A stretch of 64,000 nt of DNA from a virus (IMGVR_UViG_3300035704_000008:945-64944); one strand, 5' to 3'; shown: positions 45,824 through 56,447, counted from the stretch's first letter. Notes: generated by a model from the letters alone, not told the origin. Numbers and translations: made by a program.

Positions 45824-46005
45824 ACCGCAGCAGGGAATGGCAGCAGATCCAGCGGGACGCGCAGCGCGAGCTCGGCAACCGGGCCGACGCGATCCGCCGT
45901 CAGCCGTGGCGCATCTGGCGTAACCGCCGGCTGCGCGCCGAGGTCCGGGCGATCATGGCCGTGGTGGATCCGGAATGGAAGCCGGGCCGGCGTCCGCAGG
46001 ACTAG
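45820..46005 (+). CDS. Small basic hypothetical protein
   Basis: GTGA overlap with the XRE gene. Confidence 0.4.
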   Translation: MNRSREWQQIQRDAQRELGNRADAIRRQPWRIWRNRRLRAEVRAIMAVVDPEWKPGRRPQD

Positions 46006-46285
46006 CCTCGCGCCGCGCCCGTTCCATCGCCCGTTCGCCCGCGCGCCGCTTGCGCCGACCGGCCGGGCTGGTGCCGTGGTCCATCTGCGCGGGGACCGGC
46101 TTGCGTGACGTCCGGGTGGTCTTGCGGGCCCGCCGCTCCTCGGCCGGGAGCGACATGTCGGCGAGCCGGTTCGAGCCGCGGCGCCCGTAGCCCTTGCTGC
46201 TGGCCATGCTGAGACGGTACGCCACCGCCGGGCGCGTGACAAGCTAGTCACTGAATGTTAGTGTCCGTGGGCGGAGGTGGTCACC

Positions 46286-46456
46286 GTGAACGGATGGCGC
46301 AAGAGCTCGCACAGCTTCGCGAACGGCAACTGCACGGAGGTCGCCAGTGACGGCGAGGGCGTCGCTGTGCGCGACTCGCAGGACCCGGACGGGACGGTGC
46401 TGGTGTTCGGGCCGGTGGTCTGGGTGGCGTTCCTGGCGGGTCTCAGGTCCGCCTGA
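46286..46456 (+). CDS. DUF397 (BldB-like) protein
   Basis: Not in track; MNGWRKSSHSFANGNCTEVA...VAVRDSQDPDG...WVAFL. Confidence 0.88.
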   Translation: MNGWRKSSHSFANGNCTEVASDGEGVAVRDSQDPDGTVLVFGPVVWVAFLAGLRSA

Positions 46457-46583
46457 ATACCCGGCGCGTGACAGGCCAGCTACAGCGTGCTATGTTGCGT
46501 TCAAGTGCGGTCTGCAATTGGCACGGCGGCCGCGCGGTGCATCTGAACAGCGCCCGCCCGGCTCACACCCCGGGCGGGCGCGG

Positions 46584-46656
46584 GCGCCGTTAGCTCAGCG
46601 GACAGAGCAGCCTCCCTCTCAGGGGCGGGTCCGGGGTTCGAGTCCCTGGCGGCGCG
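46584..46656 (+). tRNA. tRNA-Arg(TCT)-like gene with atypical anticodon loop
   Basis: Acceptor GCGCCGT/GCGGCGC, D arm GCTC/GAGC, T loop TTCGAGT; anticodon loop CCTCTCA (C33, C37); no encoded CCA. Confidence 0.75.
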
Positions 46657-46773
46657 CGACCGCCGGCCGTCCGGGTAACACCGACGCCACGATGTCCCGC
46701 AGGACGGCCGGCGGGACATGCCCGTATCCGGAGATACTTGCCGTCCGTCTCCTGATGTGCTTACGGTGCGCGC

Positions 46774-46956
46774 ATGGGGGAGAACGCGGTATCGGTCGGC
46801 GAGTTCCTGGAGCGCCACCCGGAGGTGTCCTGGCCGCCGTGCGCCGTCGACGGCGTCTGGCACGCGACGGTGAGCCTGGACTGCGGGTACGGCTACGCGA
46901 GCGGCCGCACCGAGGGCGAGCTGCTCGCCAAGCTGACCGAGGCGCTGGAAGGCTAG
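46774..46956 (+). CDS. Hypothetical protein
   Basis: 60-aa ORF converging on 46953. Confidence 0.45.
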   Translation: MGENAVSVGEFLERHPEVSWPPCAVDGVWHATVSLDCGYGYASGRTEGELLAKLTEALEG

Positions 46957-47318
46957 TGCGGGCCGGCGGCCAGGCCGCCGTCGATCACCCCGAGGCGGCA
47001 CCGGGCGGCCTTGCAGTCGGCGACGCCCAGGGCGTAGGCCCGCTGCCGCTCGGCAGACAGGACCGCCTCGTCGACCGCCCACCGGCGGGCGATCTCGACC
47101 GCGCGCTCGAAGGCCGCGCGGGTCAGCGCGGCCATCTCCAGGGCGGCGGGGCTGCCCGGGTCGCGGGCCAGCCCGGCCACGGCCAGGGCGGCCGCGGCGC
47201 TGTTCGTGATGATGAGATCCCGGACGTCGGCCCAGCCGGGTGAGAGAGCGTCGGATTTCCGCGAGCCCCGTCCGGGCGGTCCCGGGTCAGGCTCGTCCGG
47301 GCGTGCAGGTTCGGCCAT
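46953..47318 (-). CDS. Hypothetical protein downstream of repressor
   Basis: GGAGG RBS. Confidence 0.55.
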   Translation of the reverse strand: MAEPARPDEPDPGPPGRGSRKSDALSPGWADVRDLIITNSAAAALAVAGLARDPGSPAALEMAALTRAAFERAVEIARRWAVDEAVLSAERQRAYALGVADCKAARCRLGVIDGGLAAGPH

Positions 47319-47532
47319 TGTCGTTTCCTCCCAGCGCCAGGCCGCACCCGGAGTCCCAGGCCGGTCCGCCTGCGGCTGGCGTCCGTAATCGCTCCGCGAT
47401 TAGTTCCCTGCGTACCGTCATATTTGATGCACGTGCACATGCGCAAGCGGTACGGCGGGTTGTATTCAATAACCATGACGAGCGTACTGCGCTGGCGTCA
47501 CACGCGCACCAGCACGTAACGTAGCTGCGGTC

Positions 47533-48117
47533 CTACGCACCGGTAACGCCCGTGCCGGAGTTGCCGTCGCGGCCGTCGGCGAGGCGGCGCAGGTCCGCGA
47601 TGAACCACACCCGGTCGCGGACGGGCAGCCGGGCGCCGATGCCGTCCCACGCCTTCGCGTCGCCGGGGGCGTCGGGGAACACCTGGGCGCCGGACGGGTC
47701 GATGGTGCCGCTGTCGGCCAGGGCCAGCAGCCGCTCCATGATCTCCATGGCGTAGGGCGCGTCGGCGTCCCGCCGGGCCCTGTCGGCTATCGGCGGGTGC
47801 CAGCCGTCCGGGCCGGCCGTGAGGCGGTCCGGCTTAACCGCGATCAGCTCGTCGTCATGCCCCAGGATGACCGCGACCATCGAGTCATAGGTGACGGCGT
47901 ACGCCGCCGCGATCTCGCGCAGCGTCGGGGTGAGGAACGTGTTGGGCCGGTAGGCGTTCTCGATGTCGGTGACGAGGCGGATGTTGATGCCGTGCTCGCG
48001 GGTGAACGCGGGCCGCCGGCGGTAGCCCAGCTCGCCCCGGCGGAGCTGGAGGAGCTCGCCGAGCCGCTTCCAGGCGTCCTCGGGGCCGCGGATGACGGGC
48101 CGTCGGTCTGATTCCAT
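47533..48117 (-). CDS. Immunity repressor (XRE-like)
   Basis: RLGELLQLRRGELG...IRLVTDIENA...TLREIAAAY; divergent from a Cro-like gene. Confidence 0.75.
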   Translation of the reverse strand: MESDRRPVIRGPEDAWKRLGELLQLRRGELGYRRRPAFTREHGINIRLVTDIENAYRPNTFLTPTLREIAAAYAVTYDSMVAVILGHDDELIAVKPDRLTAGPDGWHPPIADRARRDADAPYAMEIMERLLALADSGTIDPSGAQVFPDAPGDAKAWDGIGARLPVRDRVWFIADLRRLADGRDGNSGTGVTGA

Positions 48118-48296
48118 GCTGTCCCCTTTGCGGGAAGTCCCGTCCCCCATGCATGACTTTGACTGGTCAGGAGGTTGCCGTCAAGCAACCTCAACGTTAG
48201 CAGGACAGAGCAGGAAGGAGCAGGTTAGCCGGCTTTTCGCGCGTTTCTGCGCGCCTCCTGGCTAGGTAAGTTTTCTGGCTTCTTCCGCATTTCTTA

Positions 48297-48326
48297 TTGA
48301 CGCCGGCTCCTGTTCTCTCCTATCTT
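48297..48326 (+). promoter_or_regulatory. Rightward early promoter (probably near-leaderless cro mRNA)
   Basis: TTGACG-N18-TATCTT six bases before ATG 48333. Confidence 0.55.
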
Positions 48327-48332
48327 CGTCAC

Positions 48333-48575
48333 ATGCCCAAGCGCACAGGACGCCCGCCCGGATTCAAGACGGACGGCCCGAAGATCCGCAGCCTCCGCGT
48401 CGACCTCGGCCTCTCGGCCACTCAGGTGGGCGCCAAGGTCGGCTGCGACGCCCAGACCGTCAGGCGGGCCGAGAGGGGCGGCCCCATCGACCCCGTGACC
48501 GCCAGCCGCATCGCCAGGGTCCTCGGCCTCGGCATCGCGGACATCGCCGCACCGCCCCAGGTCACGGCCGCCTAG
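48333..48575 (+). CDS. Cro-like HTH protein
   Basis: IRSLRVDLGLSATQVG...TVRRAERG...RIARVLG. Confidence 0.8.
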   Translation: MPKRTGRPPGFKTDGPKIRSLRVDLGLSATQVGAKVGCDAQTVRRAERGGPIDPVTASRIARVLGLGIADIAAPPQVTAA

Positions 48576-48667
48576 ACGCAAAAAACGGCCCGGCCGCCGA
48601 ACACGACCGGGCCAACGAGCGGGATACGTCTCGCTCACAGAATAACAAATCGAAGGGATACGACTCA

Positions 48668-48955
48668 ATGACACACACGCCAGCCCTGGTGCTATCAGAC
48701 CTGACGCTGAGCGCGGTCCAGGCCGAAGCCACCCGGGCGCACCTCAAACACGGGCCGAAAGGCCAGTCGATGCTCTGCAGCATCAGCGACGAGCGCAGGC
48801 TGGCGATCGCAGCCGAAGAGGTCGGAGAAGTGGCCAGGTGGCTGAATGAGCTGGCCCTGGGCAACGAGCCGGATCCCGACGAGTTCGAGATCGAGCTGAT
48901 CCAGTGCACCGCGATGTTCGCTAGCTGGGTCGAGGCCAAGGGGCAGGGACTGTGA
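48668..48955 (+). CDS. MazG-like nucleotide pyrophosphohydrolase
   Basis: AEEVGEVA...EIELIQCTAM. Confidence 0.65.
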   Translation: MTHTPALVLSDLTLSAVQAEATRAHLKHGPKGQSMLCSISDERRLAIAAEEVGEVARWLNELALGNEPDPDEFEIELIQCTAMFASWVEAKGQGL

Positions 48956-49134
48956 TCGGCTACGGCCCCGCCGCCGAGGCCATCCGCGCCGAACGCGGCC
49001 TGCCCTACGCCACCGGCGCCGACGACCCGCCCGGCTGGCACGACCACCCCGGCATGACCGGGCCGGACGACCGCGCCCCCGGACGACCGCGCCCCCGGTC
49101 ACCCCGGCGCGCAGCCGGAAACGAGGCCGGCAGC

Positions 49135-51178
49135 ATGACGACGACGACCGACACCTGCTGGGCCGACCCGCTGAGCCGCATGGAGCGGAAAGAACTGCGG
49201 CTCAAGCTGGCCCGCTCATGCAAGCGCTCCTATGACGCCGCCCGCTTCGTCGTCGCCCGTGACCCGCAGCCGGCCGATATCGAGATGATGCGCGCGCTCA
49301 CGATCATCTCCGCCGAGATGTCCGACCTCCACCTCGACGTGACCGAGCGCGCGGAGGTGGCGGCATGAACCTCCCGTTCCGCCGCCGCAGCCGCCCCCGC
49401 GGCCATGCTCGCCTCGCCCTCACCGGCGACATCCCCGGCACCAGCGAAGCCGACACCGACATCCTCGACCGCGTCCAGCCCGCCGACTACGACGGCACCA
49501 CCATCACCTTCACCGGCGCGTCGGACATCGGCCTTCCCGAGACGAGCGACACCGAACTCCGCGAGCGCATGCACGACGTCTACCCGGCCCCGGCCGCCGA
49601 GCCGGCCGCCCGGCTCCGCGCCCAGCCCCGCTACCAGCCCCCGCAGCCACCGCCCCCCGCCGGGTACGCCGCCACCACCGGGCCCATGCCCGCCATCGGC
49701 CGCCTCGCCCCCGCCATCGGCGACGCCCTCACCCACGACGAGACGTGGGGGCCGAAACTCGCCCCCCTGCCGTGCGGGCACTGCGGCACGCCCCCGCCGG
49801 TCCCCGACGGGATACTCGAGCGGACCCGGATCATCGGGCACGTCAACTGGCTCGCCGCCCAGGCCGGGTGGAAATACGACACCGACATCATCCTCACCTG
49901 CCCGCCCTGCCAGCAGGACGCCGCGTGGAAAGCCCGGCAGGGACAGCTCGAGGTGCGGTGGCCCGACGGCGGGATCTGCATGCGGCACGACGACGGCACC
50001 GGCGACCGGTGCGACTGCCCCGGCACGGTCCTGGCCGTCGACGTCATGCTCACGTCCCACGACTACCTGAGGACCGGCCGCGCCATCAGCATCCAGATCC
50101 TCAAGGACACGCAGGCGGGTACGCGATGAGCAACCTGGAAAGCACGCGCCCCGGCTGGATCGGCCGGGCCATCGGCATCGGCTTCATCCTGCTCGCCATC
50201 GGCCTGACCGTCTGGGACCTGCAGGCCCCTGGGGGGATCGTCTGGCTCAACGGCATCACCTTCATAGCCGGGGTGGTCAACTTCCACATCGGCACGATCC
50301 GGATCCGCCGCGCACGCGAGCATCACGAGTTCATGGAACGGCACCGCCAGCTCATGGAGACGCACCGCGACCTACCCGGTGGTGCACGATGACCGTCACA
50401 GACGAGGAGGCCGTGGCGCTGGCCCGGGACGAGCCCGCCGTGACACTCGCCCGGGACACCATCGCCCTGCTCGCCGAGGCCGTCGCCCTGCTCCGCGACC
50501 TCGCCGCCCGGAACGAGGCCGCCGCCGAATGGGCCGCCGACAAGATCGCCGGCGGGACAGCGCCGAAGCCCGTGGCGTACGGGCTGATGGACGCGACCCT
50601 GCAGACCGCCGCGTACGCCCGGGGACAGGCGGCGACGCCATGACCAGCCACGGCGGCGTATGCCGCGCAGTAAGCCAGCGCGGCAGCGCGGTGACCGCGT
50701 ACATCGACGGGAGCGCCGTCCTGGCGATCCCGAAACGCGACGGCGACTTCATCTGCACCCAGGACACCGGCCACGAGAAGAGTCACGCATCGTGCGACGG
50801 CCAGGGGCACATCCTGGCCCGGTGGCCCCGGTCGTCCGTCGAGCGGTACTGGCAGCCCGGCGACTGCGACGGCTGTGATCACGAACACCCGCCGGAGGTG
50901 ACCCGGTGAGCTGGCCCGACATGATGACGCCCTGGGACGCCGCGCCCGCCGCCCCCGACCCGCTGCGGGTCAGGATCCTCGGCGGCCTCGCCTACAGCGC
51001 CCTCGACCTCCGCGAGCGCATCGCCGGCGACTGCGCCGACTGCGGCCCGGAACTCTGCCCCGACCACGCCGAGGCCGCCGACCTCGCCGACCAGTTCGAG
51101 AACGCCTACATGCAGGTCGCGACCGGCACCCGCGAATGGTGCGACCTCGCGGTCAAGCTGATCTCGGAGATGAACTGA
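49135..51178 (+). other. Run of six coupled early hypothetical ORFs (49135-49368, 49365-50129, 50126-50392, 50389-50643, 50640-50909, 50906-51178)
   Basis: ATGA/GTGA overlaps and GC3-rich codon usage. Confidence 0.6.
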
Positions 51179-52044
51179 TGACCGTCATCGAGGCCGGGGT
51201 CGTGGTCGGCGAGCCCGGCGTCTACGACGGCCTGGACGAGGCCGCCTACCACGCCGACCCCGTGCCCGGCGGGTCACTGTCGGCATCAGGCGCTAAGCTC
51301 CTGCTGCCCCCGTCGTGTCCCGCCCTGTACCGCTACCGGCGCGACCACCCGAAGGTGTCGGCGGAGTTCGACTTCGGCACCGCCGCGCACAAGCTCGTCC
51401 TCGGCACCGGGCCACCGATCGACATCATCGACGCTAAGAACTGGCAGACCAAGGCCGCGCAGGACAAGCGGAAAGCAAGCCGCGCTGCCGGGCGCGTCCC
51501 GATGCTCACCGACGAGTTCTGCGAAGTGGTGGCGATGGAAGCCGCCATCCGCGAGCATCCCGTCGCCGGGCAGCTGTTCGACCCGGCGCGCGGCACCGCC
51601 GAGCAATCCATGTTCTGGCAGGACGACGAGTTCGGGATCTGGCGCCGGGCACGGCTCGACTGGATCCTGAATCCGCGCAATATCGGCGGCCGCTTCCTCG
51701 TCGCCGACTACAAGACCACGACCGACGCCAGCCCGGCCGCGATCCGCAAGACGGTCGCGAACCTGAATTACCACATGCAGGCCGCCTGGTACATCGATGC
51801 GGTCGAGCAGTTCTACGACCTCGGTCCGGCGTTCCTGTTCGTGTTCCAGGAGAAGACCGCGCCATACCTCATCACCATCGCCGAGCTCGACGACGACGCG
51901 ATCCGCGCCGGCCGGGCCCGCAACCGGGACGCCTGCGAGATCTGGCGGGACTGCACCCAGGCCGGCGTCTGGCCCGGCTACACCGACGACATCGAGCTGA
52001 TCACGCTGCCGCCATGGGCGGCACGCACCGAGGGGGACTACTGA
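51178..52044 (+). CDS. RecE/exonuclease VIII-like PD-(D/E)xK nuclease
   Basis: YHADP...LSASG, FGTAAH, RARLDW, DYKTT, YHMQAAWY, FQEKTAPY. Confidence 0.9.
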   Translation: MTVIEAGVVVGEPGVYDGLDEAAYHADPVPGGSLSASGAKLLLPPSCPALYRYRRDHPKVSAEFDFGTAAHKLVLGTGPPIDIIDAKNWQTKAAQDKRKASRAAGRVPMLTDEFCEVVAMEAAIREHPVAGQLFDPARGTAEQSMFWQDDEFGIWRRARLDWILNPRNIGGRFLVADYKTTTDASPAAIRKTVANLNYHMQAAWYIDAVEQFYDLGPAFLFVFQEKTAPYLITIAELDDDAIRAGRARNRDACEIWRDCTQAGVWPGYTDDIELITLPPWAARTEGDY

Positions 52045-52045
52045 A

Positions 52046-53182
52046 ATGACCAGCACCGCACTAGACATCAACCACCACGGCGCGACCGCCACGGCGCTGG
52101 CGATCCAGCCCGGCCAGATCTCATGGGATCCCACGCAGCTCGCCGCCCTCGGGCAGCTCGGCCTGGCCGACGCGAGCGACGGCGACCGGTCCGTGTTCCT
52201 CCACGTCTCACAGCGCACCGGCCTCGACCCGTTCGCCCGGCAGATCTACATGATCCCGCGCCGGGAGAAGGTGCCCGGCACCCAGAACTGGCGCACGAAG
52301 TGGACGATCCAGACCGGCATCGAGGGCTGGCGCGTCATCCGCGACCGCGCCGAGCGCCGCTACGGCGTCCGGGGAACACTCAGCCGCGCTACCTGGTACG
52401 ACGGCGACGGCAACGAGCACAAGGTGTGGGTACGGCCTGACCCGCCCGCCGCCTGCGAGCTCACCTACACCGTCAAGGACAGCGAAGGCACCGAGACGCC
52501 CTACACCTCCGTGCTCCAGTTCCGCGAGTACGCGCAGACAGGCAGCGACGGCGGCCTCATCGCCCAGTGGGCGGCCAAGAAGTCCCACATGCTCGAGAAG
52601 TGCACCGAGGCCGACGTGTACCGCAAGGCGTTCCCGCAGGACTTCAGCGGCATCTACCTCGACGACACCATGCCCGCGCAGCAGGAGGACGCGCCGCTCG
52701 TCCCGCCCCGCGGCCGCGTCACCGCCGGCGAGATCATCAGCCGCGGACCTGCGGCGGAGGATGACACCCAGGCCGGCCCGGGGCGTGCGCTCGCCGGTGA
52801 CGGGGGCCGGCCGGACAGGACGCAGAGCGACCCCAGGGCTGCCGGGGCTGCCTCTCCTCGGGGTGCGCAGCCGCCTCCGCCGCAGCCTGACGACGAGCCG
52901 CGGCCGCCGCCGCGCGCTACCAGCGGGCAGCTCAGCATGCTCGGCCAGCGGCTCGGCAAGCTCGGCGTCGGCGACGAGAACCGCCTCGGCACCCTGGAGA
53001 AGCTCTCCGGGCGCGACCTCGGCGAGCCGGGCCACCTCACCCAGGACGAGGCCGCGCGGATCAGGGGTCTGCTCGACCGGTGCACGGACGGCAAGGGCGC
53101 GCCCGACCGGGGCGCGCTCGTCGAGCTGCTCGCCACCGGCCAGCTGCCCGAAGCGGAGAAGGCGGCCGGCGGCGATGAGTGA
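52046..53182 (+). CDS. RecT/Bet-like single-strand annealing protein
   Basis: TGLDPFARQIY, IQTGIEGWR, MLEKCTEADVYRKAFPQDFSGIY. Confidence 0.9.
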   Translation: MTSTALDINHHGATATALAIQPGQISWDPTQLAALGQLGLADASDGDRSVFLHVSQRTGLDPFARQIYMIPRREKVPGTQNWRTKWTIQTGIEGWRVIRDRAERRYGVRGTLSRATWYDGDGNEHKVWVRPDPPAACELTYTVKDSEGTETPYTSVLQFREYAQTGSDGGLIAQWAAKKSHMLEKCTEADVYRKAFPQDFSGIYLDDTMPAQQEDAPLVPPRGRVTAGEIISRGPAAEDDTQAGPGRALAGDGGRPDRTQSDPRAAGAASPRGAQPPPPQPDDEPRPPPRATSGQLSMLGQRLGKLGVGDENRLGTLEKLSGRDLGEPGHLTQDEAARIRGLLDRCTDGKGAPDRGALVELLATGQLPEAEKAAGGDE

Positions 53183-54044
53183 TCCGCATGTCCGCGAGAT
53201 CGGCCGCCTGGAAGACGACCAGGGCCGCATCGTCATCGTCGGCGTCGACCACGGCGCGGTGACGCTGCGGACCCTGCGCACGCGCACCAGCGGCGCCGTC
53301 GAGCTCGGCTGCGTCCAGGCCGAGGAGTTCGGCCAACTGTACATCGCCGCCTGCTGGGCGGCAGCCAGGGACATCGAGCGGCTCGCCGTGGCGCTGGCGG
53401 CTGCGTCATGACCGCCACCGCCTACACCGCCGTCGGCGTGATCCTCGCCGGATGCGGCGCCTACGCCTGGGACGTCCTGGACGGCCGCGGCCGCATCGCC
53501 ACCGCCATCCTCCGCGTCAGGTGGGCCTGGCGCTGCCGCGGATGCCCCCCGCCCGGCAGCGAGGTCGACCCCCTCGACCGCGACGACATGCGCGCGTTCA
53601 CCGCCGCCGTCCGGGCCTGGCGGCTGCCAGCCGCCCCGGAGAGGACCCGGACGTGAAGGCGCTCGCCATCATCCTGTGGCTGCTCGCCTGGGCCGCCGCG
53701 AGCATCGCGGCCGGCGCCGGGTGGGCCGCGCTCAGGGGACGCTGCAGCCGGGCCATGGCCGGGAGCCTGTCGCTGACGGCCCTGGCCGTGGCGGCGGTAC
53801 TCGCCTGGGCCGGGACGGCGGCGTGGTGACGCGCGCCGAGCACCTGGCCTGGTGCAAAGAACGCGCCCTGGAGTACGCCGACATGGGCGACGTGGCCAAC
53901 GCGATGGCGTCCCTCGGGTCGGACCTGAGCAAGCACCCCGAGACGAGAGGCCACAGCGGCATGGAGCTGATGATGATGCTCGCCATGGGCGGCCACCTCG
54001 ACTCGCCAGCCGAGCTGCGGAAGTTCATCGAGGGGTTCAACTGA
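53175..54044 (+). other. Four small coupled ORFs (53175-53411, 53408-53656, 53653-53829, 53826-54044)
   Basis: Overlapping start/stop codons; last reads MTRAEHLAWCKERALEY...SDLSKHPET. Confidence 0.6.
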
Positions 54045-54158
54045 CATGACTACACGGGGAGAGCGACCGGCCGGGGCCAGGGCTGAGCTCAGCACTGTCC
54101 CGGCCGGGTTCCACCTGCACGTGCCCATCCGCTAGCTGAGGAGACGGGGGACCGTTGA

Positions 54159-54605
54159 GTGACCATGCCACCCGAGCCGCCATCAGGGCTCATGGCGGTC
54201 GGCCCGCGCGAGTGGATGAACGTGTGGGCCCGGGTGATCGCGCCGCCCTCAGTGAAGCTCACCGGCGTTATGGCCGCGTATTTCGCGGACTATTCCACGG
54301 GTGCGGAAATACGCCCGGGAAACGAGATCCTGGCCGCCGTGTCCGGGCAGCTGGACAAGCGGACGGTAATGAAGGCGCTGGCTCAGATAAGGGAATGGGG
54401 ATTGATATGGCGGTATTCGGAGGGGCGTTTGCAGGGGCGGCGGGGAATGGCGGACGTGTACCGGCTGACGGTGCCGGCGGACGCTTTGGCGATGATCCCG
54501 ATGCTTGACCCGGACTACCGCCACCCTGTGGATAACTTCAACGGATCAGGTGATCTCAGATCAGGTGATCTCAGATCAGGTGATCTGAATGCTCGGAACA
54601 GGTGA
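54159..54605 (+). CDS. Replication initiator N-terminal wHTH protein
   Basis: IRPGNEILA...KRTVMKALAQIREWGLI...DVYRLT; iterons at its 3' end. Confidence 0.75.
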   Translation: MTMPPEPPSGLMAVGPREWMNVWARVIAPPSVKLTGVMAAYFADYSTGAEIRPGNEILAAVSGQLDKRTVMKALAQIREWGLIWRYSEGRLQGRRGMADVYRLTVPADALAMIPMLDPDYRHPVDNFNGSGDLRSGDLRSGDLNARNR

Positions 54606-54630
54606 TCTCAGTGCACGGAACAGGTGATCT
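54547..54630 (+). repeat. Iteron-like repeats / probable origin of replication
   Basis: CAGGTGATCT at 54547, 54562, 54577, 54599, 54621 (spacing 15,15,22,22). Confidence 0.8.
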
Positions 54631-54985
54631 CAGATCACCCCACCCATACCAGTACCTAAACCACCTACCCAAGCCACAACTCGAGGTTGCCGTCCGCACA
54701 CCTGCACCTGGAAGGGGGGCAAAGTTGTCCACAGGCACGACGGAAAACCGGGATGGCGGCCAGCCCCCCGAATGGTGCGGGCAATGCGATAAACGAACCC
54801 GGCACCTGAATACACCCGGCGGTCCCGTTCGCTGCGCCTGCCACCCGGACGGCAAGCTCCTACGACAGCACCGCATTTGTCCTCGCTGCCGGTCGGTCAT
54901 TCATAAATGGGACCGCAATAGATGCGAAAGCCATATCCCCGTCAGGAGCGCCGCGTTATGGACGCCGCGGAAAAGAATGCCGTAA
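54602..54985 (+). CDS. Rep C-terminal-like Zn-binding protein
   Basis: PEWCGQCDKRTR...RCACHP; GTGA overlap with the rep ORF. Confidence 0.55.
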   Translation: MISVHGTGDLRSPHPYQYLNHLPKPQLEVAVRTPAPGRGAKLSTGTTENRDGGQPPEWCGQCDKRTRHLNTPGGPVRCACHPDGKLLRQHRICPRCRSVIHKWDRNRCESHIPVRSAALWTPRKRMP

Positions 54986-55850
54986 CCGCCGTGACCCGCC
55001 AGATCATCCCTCACCCGTACGCCTACGATGCCCACTCGCCTGAGCGGCGCCAGTTCAGCGTGCTGTGCTGGCGCGGCTGGTGCGACAACGACTACCGGGA
55101 CCGGGAGATCGGGGCGATGGTCCAGATGGTGAGCGGCGTCGCCCGGGAACCGGCGAAGGGTCTCCCCGTCCGCCAGTGCCCGACACCGGACACGTGCGAG
55201 TGCGAGTGCCACGATGTCCCGGCCGGAGCCGCGTCGTGACCGCCGTCGCGGTGGCCCGCGGCGTCCTCTGGGCCGCGCTCGGGACCGTCCTGCTCCTGGC
55301 CTTCGTCGCGCCGGTGCTCTGGGCGTGGGCCGGGCCGCAGGGGTGGCCGATGCTGGCGTGGCTGCTGGCGGTGTGCGCGGTCGTGGTGGCCGCCGGGCTG
55401 TGCGCGTCCGCGCTGCAGCCGAAAGGAGACGAGGGGACATGAAAACTCAACTAGACCCGGCGAAACTACGAGAGGCCGGCCGGGCGGCCCTGGCCGAGCT
55501 GGACACCAAGCACGAGGTGATCAGCAAGCTTCAGGACGTCATCGACGAGACGTGGCGTGAGGCGTACGCGATCGAGCACCGCATCAAGGCGATCCTGGTG
55601 CACCTCGGCGTGATCGCGCAGGACGAGCCTTTTGACGAGAACGCGGCGACGCTAGCGCTGGGGACCGGCGATGGGTGACGCGCTGCTGAACGGCCGGCCC
55701 GCCGAGGACTTCGAGCTCGCCGCGGTCGAGCACGGCCGCCGGTGCGAGCAGGAGCGGGACGCGGAGATCGTCGCGGGCCTGCTGGCGGAGTACCCGCGTG
55801 AGCCGTCGCCGGTCCTCCGGCCGGTGACGGAACTGGCGGAGCTGCCGTGA
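54958..55850 (+). other. Four small coupled ORFs (54958-55239, 55236-55442 membrane, 55439-55678, 55671-55850)
   Basis: Overlapping start/stop codons. Confidence 0.5.
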
Positions 55851-56239
55851 CCGGGGACTGCCTGTGCCTGAACCTGGGCATCGAATGCCTGTGCGCCCGC
55901 CCCGGGCGCCCCGTACGCGCGCCGCACGGCACCCTGGCCGCGGCCCGCCGCCACTACCGGCGCGAAGGACCCGGGTGGGCGTGCCGGCCATGCAGGCAGG
56001 CTGAGGCGCGGCGGGAGCAGCGGCCGGCCGGGCTGGCCCGCGCCGGGCCCGGGTCCGGCCGGCGGATCCGCGAGATGCGGCACCAGGCGGGAATGACCCA
56101 GGCGGGGCTCGCCGCCGTGCTGGGCGTCGCGCAGAACACCCTGTCGTCGTGGGAGGCCGGCCGGTACCGTCCCGCTGCGGGGGTCCTGGCCCGGGTGGCG
56201 GCGGTGGCGCAGGCCGCGGAGGCGCCTCGTGCCGCCTGA
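55847..56239 (+). CDS. XRE HTH protein with N-terminal Cys/His motif
   Basis: HGT...RRH...CRPC; AGMTQAGLAAVLGVAQNTLSSWEAG. Confidence 0.7.
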   Translation: MTGDCLCLNLGIECLCARPGRPVRAPHGTLAAARRHYRREGPGWACRPCRQAEARREQRPAGLARAGPGSGRRIREMRHQAGMTQAGLAAVLGVAQNTLSSWEAGRYRPAAGVLARVAAVAQAAEAPRAA

Positions 56240-56447
56240 GACGCTCGCCGCGTTCGGCGCCGCCCTGTACCGGCTGCGCGCGGCCCGGAGGTGGCCGCTG
56301 CGGCGTGCCGCGCGTGAGGCGGGGGTGTGCGTGTCGACGGTGATGCGGGCGGAGCAGGGGCGCAGCGTGGGGCTGGCGCAGGCGATGGGGCTGGCGGGCG
56401 CGTACGGCACGACCGTCGGCGCGCTGCTCGACGGGGACGACCAGTGA
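56229..56447 (+). CDS. XRE HTH protein
   Basis: FGAALYRLR...AGVCVSTVMRAEQG. Confidence 0.65.
   Translation: MPPETLAAFGAALYRLRAARRWPLRRAAREAGVCVSTVMRAEQGRSVGLAQAMGLAGAYGTTVGALLDGDDQ

Noticed and set aside
46657-46745. HDV-like (theta) or twister ribozyme after the tRNA
   Set aside because: The required nested pseudoknot and catalytic residues could not be built by eye; kept only as an unexplained hairpin.
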